From the NCBI GenBank assembly GCA_951406725.2, contig OX597818.1, positions 36,642,001 to 36,706,000 of the forward strand: DNA of 64,000 bases, given 5' to 3'. The notes beneath the pieces were generated by a model, which did no database searches, was not told where the DNA came from, and saw only the letters and a list, made by a program, of their open reading frames with translations. The translations under genes were made by a program, and so were the position numbers. The DNA comes from Octopus vulgaris. Lineage: Eukaryota. Of the stretch, positions 38,871-52,893 are shown one piece after another; the first letter of the stretch is position 1, and each line of letters starts with the position of its first letter.

Positions 38871-40793
38871 TTTTTACCGTTCAGTCTACACAGACCACCT
38901 CATCTTTTCTTGGAATTCTACGCATCTCAGTTTTTTTTCTTCTTATTCACCTTCCGTGTCTTCTCATTTAAATCTCAGCACCTTTTGTTGCTGACACCAC
39001 CAAACTCAACAATATTGTTGAAAGGTGCTGAAATTATAATGATATTTGGTCGGCAACTGATGAGGAGTTTAGCTTGTCTGCGTCCATTGTGTCTGATTTT
39101 TCTGTTTTTCATCACATTACATTTTTATTATTTTCATTTAATTTTTAATTAATTTCAATTCCAGAGTACTCTCTCTTTCCCGTTTTAAAAAACTTTCCAT
39201 TCACGCCAACTAAACTTTCTTCTCATTATAGGTGTAATTTCAAATGATTAAGTCATTTCTTTTGTCTCGCGATATTATTTATGTTAGGCCACACAACACT
39301 AATTAACTCACAGTACACTGCTAAACAAGTAACTTGGTCTTCATTTCACCATCACTCTCGCCAACTAACTCTCTTCCTAACTAAATCATATCAAGCTCAT
39401 CTGTCAGCAACACAAACCAACCAGCCACCGCTAAATCATACCACGCTCTGCACTTCGTTCGGTATTTTACACCAATCAGCGATGTATTGGAGAAGTCGCC
39501 ATCTCGTCGAATAAGAAGCCTTGTGGTGTTTGTTCTAATTCTCTGTTTTAACTTCAAATCCCACCTAGGTAAAATTTGCCCTTTACTCTTTCAAGATCGT
39601 TAAATTTTTCAATTTCGGGTGAGAAATTGGCGGATATCTAACAATGTGGAACTGGATCCTTTGTGGCATTTGTTCCAGCATTTTTTTTTTGTTTTGTTTT
39701 GGTTTCAAATCCTGCTTTAAGCTACATAGGTGTGTAGATTTATCTTGTCACTCGTTTTAACGTCAACTTCTGGGACCCCATGTGGATTTAGAGAATGCCT
39801 GAATGCTCGTAACTCTGATACAATGATTCGGGTTAGGTCATTCATTTGAGTACACAACCCACCAATTTTGAGATCTCTGAGAAAAGTTACGGACACTACT
39901 TTTTCCCTGACTAAAAGATTTTAAAAAAAAACACCATTCTCTTGGCCCTGCCACACTTTACTCTCTACATCTTTAATTCACTTGTGATTACCTCTTCATC
40001 TATTTCTTGCCTGTACCATTTACCACATTCACGCTCTTATTTACTTCCATGGGCCATTATCTGACCATCCCGTCAAAATAACTTAGTCTAAAACATCAGA
40101 TTGTTCCATTTCTGATCGCAACCAAACTTACTGACACCAACAAGCTAAATTGTTTGACTATTCTTGCTGACTGAGATCTTCAACGCTTTACTTGACTCTT
40201 ATCAAAATGAGGGTGCCTTTATGCGGTCATTAGTCCTGCTAGAAATAGCAACCTTAGCTTGCACTCTACCGTCATCAGGAAGGAAGGACAAAGTAGATAA
40301 CGTAGTCCTCGATGGGCAGTATGTGACAGAAATCCGGTATGGGCATGACTAAGGTCTATTCAGTCAAGTCTAATTTGTAGCTAAACAATATTATCAACAA
40401 CCTCACTAATATTCAACATAAACCTGATGAATATCATGTATACACCTACTTCTTGAAGAGAGACGAAGAGTGAGATGGTAAAGGCACCTTTCACTTACTG
40501 AGTGAATGGCTACAGATGGCACACACGATGCATTGTCGAATTTAAAAGTGACCTCAGAAGTATTTACGCCTTTTTACTTTCTGAGGTCAAACTTTGCTGG
40601 GTTAACGTTGGTTTTCGTCCTGAAGTAAAATACTGTACGGCAAATTATGCGAAGTCCTTCAGTGCCTTTTAAATGTGCATTTCTAACTGTTTTGCACTTC
40701 GTTCACTGACTGATACAAAAGTATTAGTAATATTTTAATCAGCTGACATAAATGTCCAAAGTTCACATGATTAATTAATTAGTTCATTCGCTG

Positions 40794-41025
40794 GTGGTGG
40801 CGATAGTGGCGATAGCAGCGGCGGCGGTGGCGATTGTGGTGGTGGCGGCGGCTGCGGCGATGGTGGTAGTGGTGGTGTTGGTGGTGGTGGTGGTGGTGGT
40901 GGTGGCGGCGGCGGCGATGATGGTGGTGGTGGTGGTGGTGCTGGTGGTGCTGGTGCTGCTGCTGGTGCTGGTGGTGGAGATGGCGTTGTTAGTGACGGTA
41001 ATAGCGGTAGTTGTTGTTGTTGTTT
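40794..41025. repeat. (GGT/GGC/GCT)n trinucleotide tract
   Basis: Direct reading. Confidence 0.9.
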
Positions 41026-41715
41026 AACTGCAGATCAGTAGACTTAATATCAAATGTATTTTATCTGTGGCCATCCCTGATCTTATCAATATGCCTTTCC
41101 TTATTTACGACGGTGGATTTCATTTGGAAATAACATGGCTGATATCTCCCTGTAAATTTGAGGCTTTATATTTCCTTCACAAATTTTAGTCCCATGAATA
41201 TTTCCTATACAACTATAGACAGTTTCATTGTATCACTAAACAATTTCATCTATAGTAATAAATGCCAAAACGAATGTCTGTGTGTCAGTGTGTCACACTT
41301 TGAACCCCACCTCTCTCGCTATTCAGTGACACTTCTACTATTCCTCTTGTAGGGGTGAGATTAGTAGCAGGCATGGAGACAGTGAGGGCGGTAGTAGATT
41401 GACGGTTGTGATGGTAATAGGGTGATAATAATAGTATGAGCTGCAGTTGTGATAGAGGCGGAGGCGATAGTGATGATGCTGGTAGTGGTGGTAGATGACG
41501 TGATCAGGGATGACGGTAATAGTATGCAATGTGAAAGACAGTGGTGATAGTGATGGAGGGAAAGGCGATGAAGTCAACGGTATTGGTGGTGGTGGCGTCA
41601 GAAGTCTGAAAGGTGTGTGTACGGCAGTTGTGGTGGTGGTGGTGGTGGTGGTGGTACTTGTGATGGTGATGGTTGAAAACAATAAACAGAAAGAGAGAGA
41701 GAGAGAAAGAAAGCG

Positions 41716-41746
<31 letters not shown>

Positions 41747-42069
41747 ATGAAAGAAAGAAAGTAAGAAAGAAAGAAAGAGGTTAGGTAGAAAAAATTCTAC
41801 TGACCCCCGAATGGGAAGACAAAAAACAATGCTGTTTATCACGCAGCTTTGCAATAAGTTCTAAGTCGACAAATTATATCATTGTTTTAATGAAAATTCT
41901 TCATTGCCTAAAAGATATAGGTCAAGTTTAATAAAATTTGATAGGTAATGCATGAAATGTCATTGTTGAGCCCACAAGGCTCAATGAACAGCCCTCTACA
42001 GGAGCTAGTATGTAATATATATATATAGCTTTTAAGCTAGTATGTAATGTAAAAACATATATATATATG

Positions 42070-42115
<46 letters not shown>

Positions 42116-42119
42116 GTAT

Positions 42120-42266
42120 AGTAAGAAACAAGCGTCCGAACCACATGATTCCGAGTTCAGTCTCACTACGTGACATCTTGGACAGGTGTCTCTTACTATA
42201 GCCTCAGGGTAAGCAAAGGCTTGTGAGTGGATCTGGTAGACGGAAACTGAAAGAAACCCATCGTAT
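42120..42266 (+). mobile_element. SINE family A, 5' portion
   Basis: Matches the family A head through gaaagaaacccatcgtat. Confidence 0.8.
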
Positions 42267-42291
42267 ATCTATCTACAGATAGAGAGATAGT

Positions 42292-42333
<42 letters not shown>

Positions 42334-42375
42334 CATACATACATACATACATACATACATACATACATACATACA

Positions 42376-42435
<60 letters not shown>

Positions 42436-42490
42436 CGGAGATGCACTTGCATAGCAAGTGATTTGATCTGAGATCGTGTGCTGAAACGAA

Positions 42491-42594
42491 AACAATTGCA
42501 GCGTGGAAGGTGTTTGTAAGCAATTTAAGAAACACACAAAAGCTTTTGTGTGTTTCTTAAGTTGCTTACAAACACCTTCCACGCTGCAATTGTT
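42491..42594. repeat. 104-bp spacer-less palindrome
   Basis: 52-bp arms centred on aaaag|ctttt, one mismatch. Confidence 0.95.
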
Positions 42595-42688
42595 ATATAT
42601 ATATAAGGAGGAAAATCTTATAATGATTTATCAAGTAGCCAGCATGTAATAAAAACTATATAGGTAATAATTAATGTAAATTATATAA

Positions 42689-42759
<71 letters not shown>

Positions 42760-43283
42760 GAGCCATTTAGCGTCTATCTCTAGCATGTGGTGCTATTTAT
42801 TAGTGCCCGTATTATAATTATATTTAAGTAATTATATATTTGTATTAATTACGTATATGTTATTTATTACATGCTGGCTACTTGATAAAATCGTTATCAG
42901 ATTTTATCCCCAATTATTTATAAATATAAATTACTCCGACCAATATATTCATTTCAGTATTATTTTTGGTCGTAGACGCACGTGGTTGAGGTGAATAAAT
43001 TAGATTTAGCTCCTATATACGTGTGGATATCTGTATATATTTGTATGAATACGTGTTATTCGTATGGGTACGTATAAATATTTGCATTAATCTATATTGT
43101 GGTATATTCTACTGATGACAGCAAAGGGGTTTTATATCTCTAAGCTAGAAATTTATCTTTAGTTAACCCTTTTTTATAAAGTGTTCTTTGTTCACTTTCC
43201 TCGATTTCAACCCGTGTTAATGGAGCACATAATGTAGATTTTAGAGCCATTTGGCGTCTATCTCTGGCATGTGGCAGATTATT

Positions 43284-43341
<58 letters not shown>

Positions 43342-43361
43342 TATAAACCCTTAATTACTTA

Positions 43362-43451
<90 letters not shown>

Positions 43452-43455
<4 letters not shown>

Positions 43456-44010
43456 GTAAATATAAGAGAGTGACCACTATGTGATCGACTCTAGCACTAA
43501 AAATAGATCCACTACGGTTTCAGACACGAAGAATTGTTTCCGATGAAAGTTAGCACAACTATTAGCGTAAACGAACAGGGCAAATAAAAGATAACAAAAA
43601 TGCAGATTAATTCTGGACAATTGTTTCGCTATTAATAAAGTATGTAATTTTACTCACATAACATATCTGTAGCTCCTCAGCAGAATTTGTCTAGAATACA
43701 ATTTACTCAACCGCATGCCATATTTTACCATAAAGATAAAAACACATGCGGTTCAGTCGATTGCATTCACCGTTATAATTCAAGTGCCCCCGCTAAAGCC
43801 CGCCAAAATTCACGGAAACAGATACTGCATCAAAAATTAAATGCAGTATAATTACAATCAACTAATAAGGGTGAGAAAATTGGATACTAATTTAATAGTA
43901 CCATCAATTTAACACCAAGTGGCTTAGTGCATAAAAACCAGGAATACAATAAAGTTTATACGTAAATATAAGAGAGTGACCACTATGTGGTCGACTCAAG
44001 CACTAAAAAT
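43452..44010 (-). mobile_element. Retrozyme/Penelope-like element: 506-bp unit plus ~53-bp terminal direct repeat
   Basis: cgtaaatataagagagtgaccactatgtg.tcgactc.agcactaaaaat at 43455 and 43961; (TA)n on both sides; contains an intact HHR. Confidence 0.85.
43609..43687 (-). ncRNA. Intact type I hammerhead ribozyme
   Basis: Minus strand: aattctg-CTGAGGA-gcta...tagc-GAA-AC-aatt-GT-C-cagaatt. Confidence 0.88.
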
Positions 44011-44086
44011 ATATATATATAATTATAGTATATATATATAATTATATATATATAATTATAGTAAATAGTGCCATATGCCAGATACA

Positions 44087-44161
<75 letters not shown>

Positions 44162-44311
44162 TTTTATACATATACATATATATATATATATTTATATATA
44201 TACATAAATACATACATATATATATGTAGAGAATTCACAAAAAAAAACAAAAGACGAAGACAGCTAGTGTAGAAAACATATATTAGTATAACGTTTGGGA
44301 ATTGAAAAAGT

Positions 44312-44347
44312 CTTTAACGTTTCGAGCCTACGCTCTTCCACAGAAAG
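44312..44347 (-). ncRNA. Minimal hammerhead variant (CUGUGGA core)
   Basis: Minus strand: cttt-CTGTGGA-a-gagc-gtag-gctc-GAAACGTT-aaag. Confidence 0.6.
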
Positions 44348-44689
44348 GAACACTGAAAGAAACAAGGAGAGAAACAAGGAGAGAAAAAATGTGTGTAGTG
44401 GCTAGCGATCTATCATGGCGAATGCCGAGCAGAAGGGTCACACAGGCGAGCTAAATTTGATCTGAAGGTTACAGACGTGATGATCACATCTCTTTTTGTT
44501 AAAAAATTACTTGGACTAAATGATTTAACATATCTTTTCTGTTTTAATATGGCGAGGTTTCATTAGAGGAAGACTATTTCTAGCAGTGTGTGTGTCAACG
44601 TAACGGGTTCCTCTTTAGCACGATGGATCAAATTGTGTGGGTATATTATATACGGTTTAATCGTCACTAGTATTAATCTATCGACCCAA

Positions 44690-45870
44690 GATAAAAAAAT
44701 GGCCCATTAGGCCTTGTCAGAATTTGAACTCGCAACGTAACGGGAGTAAAGCTAAACAATAATACTTTATACAAGAGCAATACTGGAATATTTTTTAAGG
44801 GATGGGAGGAAAGGAAGGTCGAGTGCATCGAATCTTGATCGGAACTATAGTGGTTCAAAACACAGTTTACCCTGACGGGTTTGAACCCAGGATTCCATGA
44901 CCAGTAATATATACGACCGTAAGGTAGTTCGATTCGACGCTCAAACGATTCTGCCAATTCACTGTTTTTACTAAAACTAAATAATGGTTTCTCATTCTGG
45001 TACATTGCCAAAATATTCTGAGAGTAAGGGATTAGTCGAAATTCATCGACCCCAGTACTTGACCTCGAAATTATAAAAGACAAAGTTAACCCCAGCGGAA
45101 TTTGAACTTACATCATAAGGAGTTGAAACAAGTTTTTTTTTGTTTTTTGTTTTTTTACCCTTTTCGACCTTGTAACAAGCTCGTCTCCTTACTTAACCAA
45201 AATGAGGGATTCACATTTTGGCACAGGGCAAGCAAATTTAGGGGAATTGAATAAGTCGATTACATCTATCCCAGTACTTGACAGGTACTTTGTTTTATCG
45301 ACCTTAGAGAAATGAATGGCAAAGTCGATTTCGGTGGAATTTGAACTCAGAACGTAAATAGCCGAAAGCAATACCACCAAACATTTTATTCGACCTGGTA
45401 ACATTTCTACCAACTCATCGCCATACCAAAGCCATAGAATTTCTTTAATCGGCACAAAGTCCTCGAATTTTGGGTGAAGGAGCTAGTTCATTACATCGAC
45501 CTCAGTACTCGACCCGACCCCCAAAGGATGAAAATCAAAATCGACTTTGGTGGAACTTGAACGCAGAACATTAAAGAGTCAAATGAAATGTCGCTAAACT
45601 TTTTGTTCGTCACGCTAACAACTCTGCCAGCTCACTGCCGAACTAAATTTTGAATAATGATTTCCGATTTAGTTACAAGACTAACAGTTTTGAGTGTAGA
45701 GGGGTTACTCAATGCCATCGATTCCAACACTTGACTGGCACTTTGTTTCAACGACCTCGGAGGAATGAAATGCAAAGTTGGTTTCGGCGAGATTTGAACT
45801 TCAGAATGTATGAAGCCGAAGCAAACACTGGAAAGCATTTTCTTCTCAGCGTTCTAACAATTCTGCCGAT
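44690..45870 (-). mobile_element. Cluster of old, diverged family-B-related SINE copies
   Basis: Repeated ggaatttgaactc, cgacc..gaaa and aaagtcga motifs with ~20-30% apparent divergence. Confidence 0.65.
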
Positions 45871-45879
45871 TTTTCGCTC

Positions 45880-46131
45880 TATTAGCGAAGTACTGTCACG
45901 TGTCCTAAGGTTCATCGGATCAGTTACCCGGAGTAAGAGACTAAGACCACAGCATACTCACGGAACGGGACGCCGGTCCACTGCAAAGTTACTCACTCAA
46001 GACTAAGTCAATTGAAGAAGCGTAAAATGAAGTGTTTTGCTGAATGACACAATGCATTTCCCGGTCCAAGAATCGAAACCACAATCTTGATCATGAATGC
46101 AACAACGTAACCGCAAGGCCATGCACCTTCG
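45880..46131 (-). mobile_element. Old SINE family D copy
   Basis: Minus strand: tRNA-like head ggtttcgattc, and ggaccggcgtcccgt shared with 46165-46405. Confidence 0.6.
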
Positions 46132-46164
46132 CCTGCCATTTAATTAAAGCTAAATAATACCAGT

Positions 46165-46405
46165 GTGGAGGCGCGTGGGACTTAGTGGTTAGGGTGCCAG
46201 CATCATGATCGTAAGATTGTGGCTTCGGTTCTTGGACCGGGTGACGCGTTGTGTTCTTGAGCAAAACACTTTATTTCACGTTGCTGGAAAAAATGAGTAA
46301 CGCTGCGATGGACTGGCGTCCCGTACAGCTGGGGAACACATACGCCATTTAAACCGGGAAACCGGGCCCATGAACCTGGCTAGGCTTTAAAAGGGCGCGT
46401 TTATT
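46165..46405 (+). mobile_element. SINE family D (tRNA head, CORE-like and V-domain-like segments)
   Basis: ggaggcgcgtgg..tagtggttagg head, tgtgttcttgagcaaaacact, ctgcgatggactggcgtcccgt. Confidence 0.7.
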
Positions 46406-46715
46406 CATTATTTTAAATAGCACCAGCATTAAATGAGCATTGTGAAAGCGGCGAGATGGTAGATTCGTTAGCTATCTGACAAGATGCTTAGCGGCATTCC
46501 TTCCGGCTCTTTATATTTTGACTTCAAATTCCGCCAAGGTCGACATTGCCTTTCATCCAATCTGGGTCAATAAAATAAGTACCAGTCGATCACTGAGACG
46601 ATTCAGTCGACTAATTCTCTCTCTCTCCCTTTCTTCCTTTCTCTCTCTCAAAATTCCAAGCTTTGTGCCTGTAGTAAATTATTATAAGCATTGTATCCTG
46701 TTTATAACAGTAATG

Positions 46716-47137
46716 GGATCTTTTCGCTTTGAACGGCAGTTTTTTTCTAGCGGTATCATATGAAATTGTCACCCATGAATTATGACCCTAGAATCGATAT
46801 ATTGCATTTCAATCTCTTTTAGGGTTAGGGTTAGTTAGGGTGGGGGTTAAGGGTATCTTTTTTTCTTCACAAATGTAAATAAACCCAATCTGTTTCTTAA
46901 ACGAGGGACATATTCATACAGCACAGAATGTTTTTTCAGTCAATAGACGTCACTGATTGGTTGAAATTGCAGAAATTGAAGAAAACAACAACAAATATCT
47001 TACAAACTATAGAATTTTCTCAATAAAGCCAAGAGAAAAAGATGTTTTATAAACACATTCTACCAGTATACGAAGTTTAAAATTTTCTAGTTACCTTGAA
47101 ATTATGTTAAAAACTGCCGTTCAAACCGAAAAGACCC
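46716..47137. mobile_element. MITE (Merlin-like), second copy in the opposite orientation
   Basis: Same TIRs as 34821-35251; perfect 8-bp TSD cagtaatg (46708-46715 and 47138-47145). Confidence 0.88.
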
Positions 47138-48413
47138 CAGTAATGCTTCCATATAGTGAACCAAGTCAGTTAATTTGTTTGGGGTGAAAATATTATAACA
47201 CAATCTTAGCGATGCACAACAAAACAATTGGAATGAAAACAAAAAAATAAAACCTTATGCTGAACTCGTTGGGATGCGAACTCAAAATAGATAGATATAT
47301 AAATAAGTAGACTTTCTGACCCAACATTCCACAATCCTACCCACTACTAAAAATTTCTGCCCCCTATAAGAGAATCGGATCGATTCTATCCTATAGTTAT
47401 GACGTCACAGTAGAACCAGCCAATTATCGGGCTAGTTTCGGATACAGACGCCTACACTGGGTTAGATGACTCAATCCTTAGTAATAAAAAAAAAAGAAAA
47501 ACTTCTAGAAACTTATACAAACCGAACCCAAGCACTAAGACAGAAGCGTATGCACGCAGAGGTATATGTATATGTCCGAACACAAACAGCCACACAGGCG
47601 CGCACTTACAGGCAGATTCATACTTCAACAGAGAAACAATGAGCCCGCGAGTGCGTATGTGTTTATCAGTGAGTATGTGTATGTGTGCTACACTAAAAAA
47701 AGAAACCCCACCAAAAGAGAAAATAAAAATTAAATCTAAATCTAAATAGAAAAACAAAGAGAAAACAAAATGCTAATCAAATAAAATGACAGTGAATGCC
47801 TATGACCTCAGCCAACAGCTTTGAACAGCTGCTGACACAACTTCCGGCTTTCGCGGCCCGGGGTTTTTCAATAAAAGAACAAAAAACTCCCTGGCGCTCC
47901 TTCACCTTAGAGCTCGGTTTTAAATGGGATGCATTGGTGCTGTGTGTTCTGCTTGCTTATTGTTGCTATAGCTGTTGTTGCTGTTACTATTAATGCTATT
48001 ATTATTATCATTATTTATTATCATTATCATTATTATTGCTGTTGTTATCGTTGCGTGTTTGTTTATGTTGGTAAATCTCTAATAGGCTGTTACCGTTATT
48101 GTTACCTGTTGTTGCTGTCGTTGTTATTCTTGTTCTTCTTGTTGTTCTTGTTGTTGTTTAGCTCACCCACCTCCGTCAGTCTTCGTTGATCTTGTCTATG
48201 AGCAAGAAAACTTTTTGTATATCTGCGTGTGTGTCTCTGGATGTCTAGCTGTGCATTTTATTTTTATAAATCACGAATTATGACCTGTTATGATCTCTCT
48301 CTCACACACACACACACACACACTCGTACAAACATAAAAACGTGTGAGTGTGTGTGTATATGTGTGTATGTGTGTATGTATGTTTGTATGTATGTATTTA
48401 TGCGTATACATAA

Positions 48414-48815
48414 TGTAGGAGTGGCTGTGTGTAAGTAGCTTGCTTACCAACCACATGGTTCCGGGTTCAGTCCCATATGTGGCACCTTAGCCAAGTGTCT
48501 TCTACTATAGCCTCGGGCCGATCAAAACCTTGTGATTGGATTCGGTAGACGGAAACTGAAAGAAGCCCGTCGTATATATGTATATATATATTTGTGTGTG
48601 TGTATATGTTTGTGTGTCTGTGTTTGTCCCCCCACCATCGCTTGACAACCGATGCTTGTGTGTTTACGTCCCCGTAACTTAGCGGTTCAGCAAAGTAGAT
48701 CGATAGAATAAGTACTGAGCTTACAAAGAATAAGTTCTGGGGTCGATTTGCTCGATCGACTAAAGGCGGTGCTCCAGCATTGCGACAGTCAAATGACTGA
48801 AACAAGTAAAAAGAG
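48414..48815 (+). mobile_element. SINE family A
   Basis: Full match. Confidence 0.9.
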
Positions 48816-48854
48816 TATATATATATATAGATTATATATAAATACATATATACA

Positions 48855-48936
<82 letters not shown>

Positions 48937-49391
48937 TATATACACTTATATATATATATATAAATATTATAAATATATATTTATAATATATATCATATAC
49001 ATGTTTGTGTGCGAGCGTATGTGTGTGGCATTTTTGCTTTATATAATGTACTGCGCTCATAACTTTTGCTAACGTATCGCACTTTCTGACACACCGTTTG
49101 GAGTGTGTGTGTGCGCGCGCGCGTCTGTATGTACACGCACTCTCAGTCACGCAATTTCTTTCGTTTTGAAGACAGTATGGATATGAGGGATGTTGACCAA
49201 CTACGTATGGCCTCCCTCGGAAATAGCTACAGCTGGTCCATTTATTTTCTTCCTCCTCCCTCCCTCCCTCTCTCTTTCTCGCTCTCTCTCTCTATCTTTC
49301 CCTTTCTCTCTCCCATTTTATTACCTTATTTCGATAGTTTTGTTGTTATTGTGTCCGATGTCTGATGTTGTTATTGCTATCAGTGTTGTTA

Positions 49392-49844
49392 CTTATTTCT
49401 TTATTACCCACAAGGGTCTAAACATAAAGGGGACAAACAAGGACAGACAAAGGGATTAAGTCGATTACATCGACACCAGTGCGTAACTGGTACTTAATTT
49501 ATCGACCCCGAAAGAATGAAAGGCAAAGTGGACCTCGGCGGAATTTGAGCTCAGAACGTATAGACAGACGAAATACTGCTAAGCATTTCGCCCGGGGGTG
49601 GGGTAACGTTTCTTATTTCTTTACTACCCACAAGGGGCTAAACATAGAGGGGACAAACAAGGACAGACAAACGGATTAAGTCGATTACATCGACCCCAGT
49701 GCGTAACTGGTACTTAATTTATCGACCCCGAAAGGATGAAAGGCAAAGTCGACCTCAGCGGCATTTGAACTCAGATCGTAGCGGCAGAGGAAATACCGCT
49801 AAGCATTTCGCGCGGCGTGCTAACGTTTCTGCCAGCTCGCCGCC
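49392..49844 (-). mobile_element. SINE family B dimer
   Basis: Junction aaagaaataag|aaacgtta at ~49610. Confidence 0.88.
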
Positions 49845-51228
49845 TTTATTGTTGTTACTATTATGCTCATAATTAACGATGATGAAGATGACGACGACGA
49901 AAATGATGACGATGGTGACATGATGACGACAAGGAGGAGGAGGAAGAAGAATAGTCAAATGTGGGTAACAATTTGTTCGATGGCGAATCGTGGTAATGGT
50001 CATAGGTATATACAAATAGTTTGTGAGCGAGAGGTAAAAGAAGATTCGTAAGATTTCCATTGATATTACAGGGAGCACTACATAACACTAAGGCAAAGTC
50101 CTGTAGGCGTAATATAAGCCAGGCAAACTGAATAATAAAAGTAATAATTTAAATTATGACTGGAGTGTCGTGCCTTCTAATCATAACATCTGAAGAAGCC
50201 AATGGACTATACGATTACTATTACATATTTCCATATTTTATGTATTACATAACAGTATAAGAGATATGGAATAAATGATATCGTCCGTTTACGGAAACAA
50301 TTGTGATGTCGATTTGGCTTCTTTCCTACTTTAGATTATTGTACTGATTTACCTGGGATATATAATGCCGTTCAAGACAGCCCTGAGGAAAACTGCAGGG
50401 ATTTTTTCCAGTTCTGGATTTGCTAAATAAGTAAAAAAAAAACCTGCTGAAGATTTTCACTTTTTCCCTGGTTTGTTTGTTGTTATTTAAAGTGAAATAA
50501 ATAAATTGAAAGCAAAATTTTATATTGATATAAAATAGACAAATACAGGTATATCAAGTGTCATACACTATAGATATTTGTTTGTATTGAAACATATTTC
50601 CACCTCTAGAGAATACGTCACGATTACTAAATGGCAATTAAAACCAGCGCCTATTGAGAAAGGGATATAATTTCAACATTCAAGAGTTCTCCAAAACTGA
50701 CATGTCAATAAGGACAGAATGTGCTTCCTGTCTGGAGATCAGATGACAATTGTGGGCGCGTGATCTGGCAATTCTCCAACCTTATCTGCAGTGACTAAGG
50801 AAGTTCGACTTATACAAAAAAATCAGTTGAACACATACGAGAAACAATTCACAGTAACCAGTGGCTTGTATTTGGACAAGTTTTTGTGGACACTGCAAAT
50901 AATATTTTAATATATTATTTCATATTGAGAACATATGTTTATGTTTCGTCAGTTGGACAATGCAAGGATGGAGGGCCCACTAATGTGTAGCTGTGTTTAG
51001 AACGTCAATTAACCTTAATCCGGATACGGCTGTGATTGGTTCAGGCTGATAGCAGCAGTAGAAGCAGCAGCAGTAGTATTAGTAGAAGTAGTAGCAGTAA
51101 TAGCAGCAGTAATTGTTTACGGTACGATTGTGTATTTCGTAGTGATGGACATGAGTTTGCAATAATGCTGACAATAGCGACGAGTTGATGATTCATGGCG
51201 AGGCAGCATAATAATAATAATGATGATC

Positions 51229-51279
<51 letters not shown>

Positions 51280-51475
51280 TCAGGGAAACTTTGGAAGGAG
51301 TCCAGAATTTACTCGAGGAAAAATACTTGCAACAAAGACTATGACTGTGTTTTGGGAGTGACATTGTTTTTATTGGTTGGATTATCATACACAAATGCAT
51401 ACTTATATACATACGTACGCAATACATACATACATGCATACATACAGACATACATGCATGCGTACATATACACAT

Positions 51476-51790
51476 AGAGACTAGAAACTGTGTACAGTTG
51501 TGGAAATCAGTTGCTCAGCGGATGTTAACATAAAGCTGAAGATCAGTGAAAAAGAGAATACCCACGCTGAACTATTGAAAAATCTGTTTTCATTCTATCC
51601 GGATTACAAGTTCAGGTCTATACCTGTAATTATTGGGGCATTGGGATATGTAACACACTGCCTAAATACCAATATTGGAAAATTAGGCTTCTCAAAACCA
51701 GAACGGAGAAAGCTAATTCGAAGATACGGATCCAAGCGATCACTGGAACTGTAAACATCTGTAAAACTTTCCAGATGTTTACCATTTAAA
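51476..51790 (+). pseudogene. 3' fragment of an REL-endonuclease non-LTR retrotransposon
   Basis: CTVVEISCSADVNIKLKISEKENTHAELL...YKFRSIPVIIGALGYV; embedded in (TACA)n/(TA)n. Confidence 0.8.
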
Positions 51791-51871
51791 TATATATATG
51801 AGCGTGTCTAGATATCCAGGTATATCTATGTATATATACATACATAAAGCAAAACATACAAATCTGCACGT

Positions 51872-51972
<101 letters not shown>

Positions 51973-52149
51973 CATACATACATACATACATACATACATA
52001 CATACATACAATACATACATACATACATACATACATACATACATACATACATACATACATACATACATACATACATGTGTGTGTTAGATAACTTAGATTG
52101 GTTTTGGCCATTATCGGCCCAGCCCATAACTAACTCAGTAGCACCACCA

Positions 52150-52557
52150 CGAAAAGTTTTTTAGTTAATCATTTCGGTACACCATGGACCATTCAAGCAG
52201 ATAGTTGTTGGTTGAGCCATATCTAGGTGTAGGTGGTTTATCCGATATTTCCTGCAGGAATCTGTCCAGGTACTGTTTGAAAGTTGTGGTGTCTTTTTCT
52301 ACTTAATTTCTTCCTGGATAACATCGAAAAGAGCAGGTTCATTTACAGTGAAGAAATTGTGTCGCAATGTTCTTAAGTGATGTGATCTCGAACTTTGTAA
52401 GGGAAGCATTGCACGGGGTCCTAGTCTTGGGTGAATTGTAAACATAATACCGATATCATTTGGATAATATTGGTGGAGTATTTTCCACATGGTGCAAATA
52501 ATGTATCGCTCACGGCGGCGTTGCAGAGAATAGAGTTTCAGTCGTTTAAGCCAAGCT
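52150..52557 (-). pseudogene. CR1/L2-type LINE ORF2 C-terminus
   Basis: LKLYSLQRRRERYIICTMWKIL...HPRLGPRA...FKQYLDRFLQEISDKP. Confidence 0.8.
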
Positions 52558-52837
52558 CAATAATCAAGTCTCATCATGCCATTTATTTTTTTAGTGATTG
52601 ATCTTTGTGGCGCTTCGATCCTCATTATGACTTGTGTTGTTTTGTTTTGTTTTGTTTTGAATTTTTGGTTTTGTTTTTGTAGGGGGACCACAATGGGCAG
52701 CAGTATTCGAGGTGGGGGCCTTGCGAATGTAGAAAAGAAAAGGATTATGGTTTCATGATCCCTAGATTGAAAAGTTCTGAGGATCCAGGAGCACATATGT
52801 GTGTGTGTGCGTGTATGTGTGTGTGCGTGTGTGTGTT

Positions 52838-52893
<56 letters not shown>

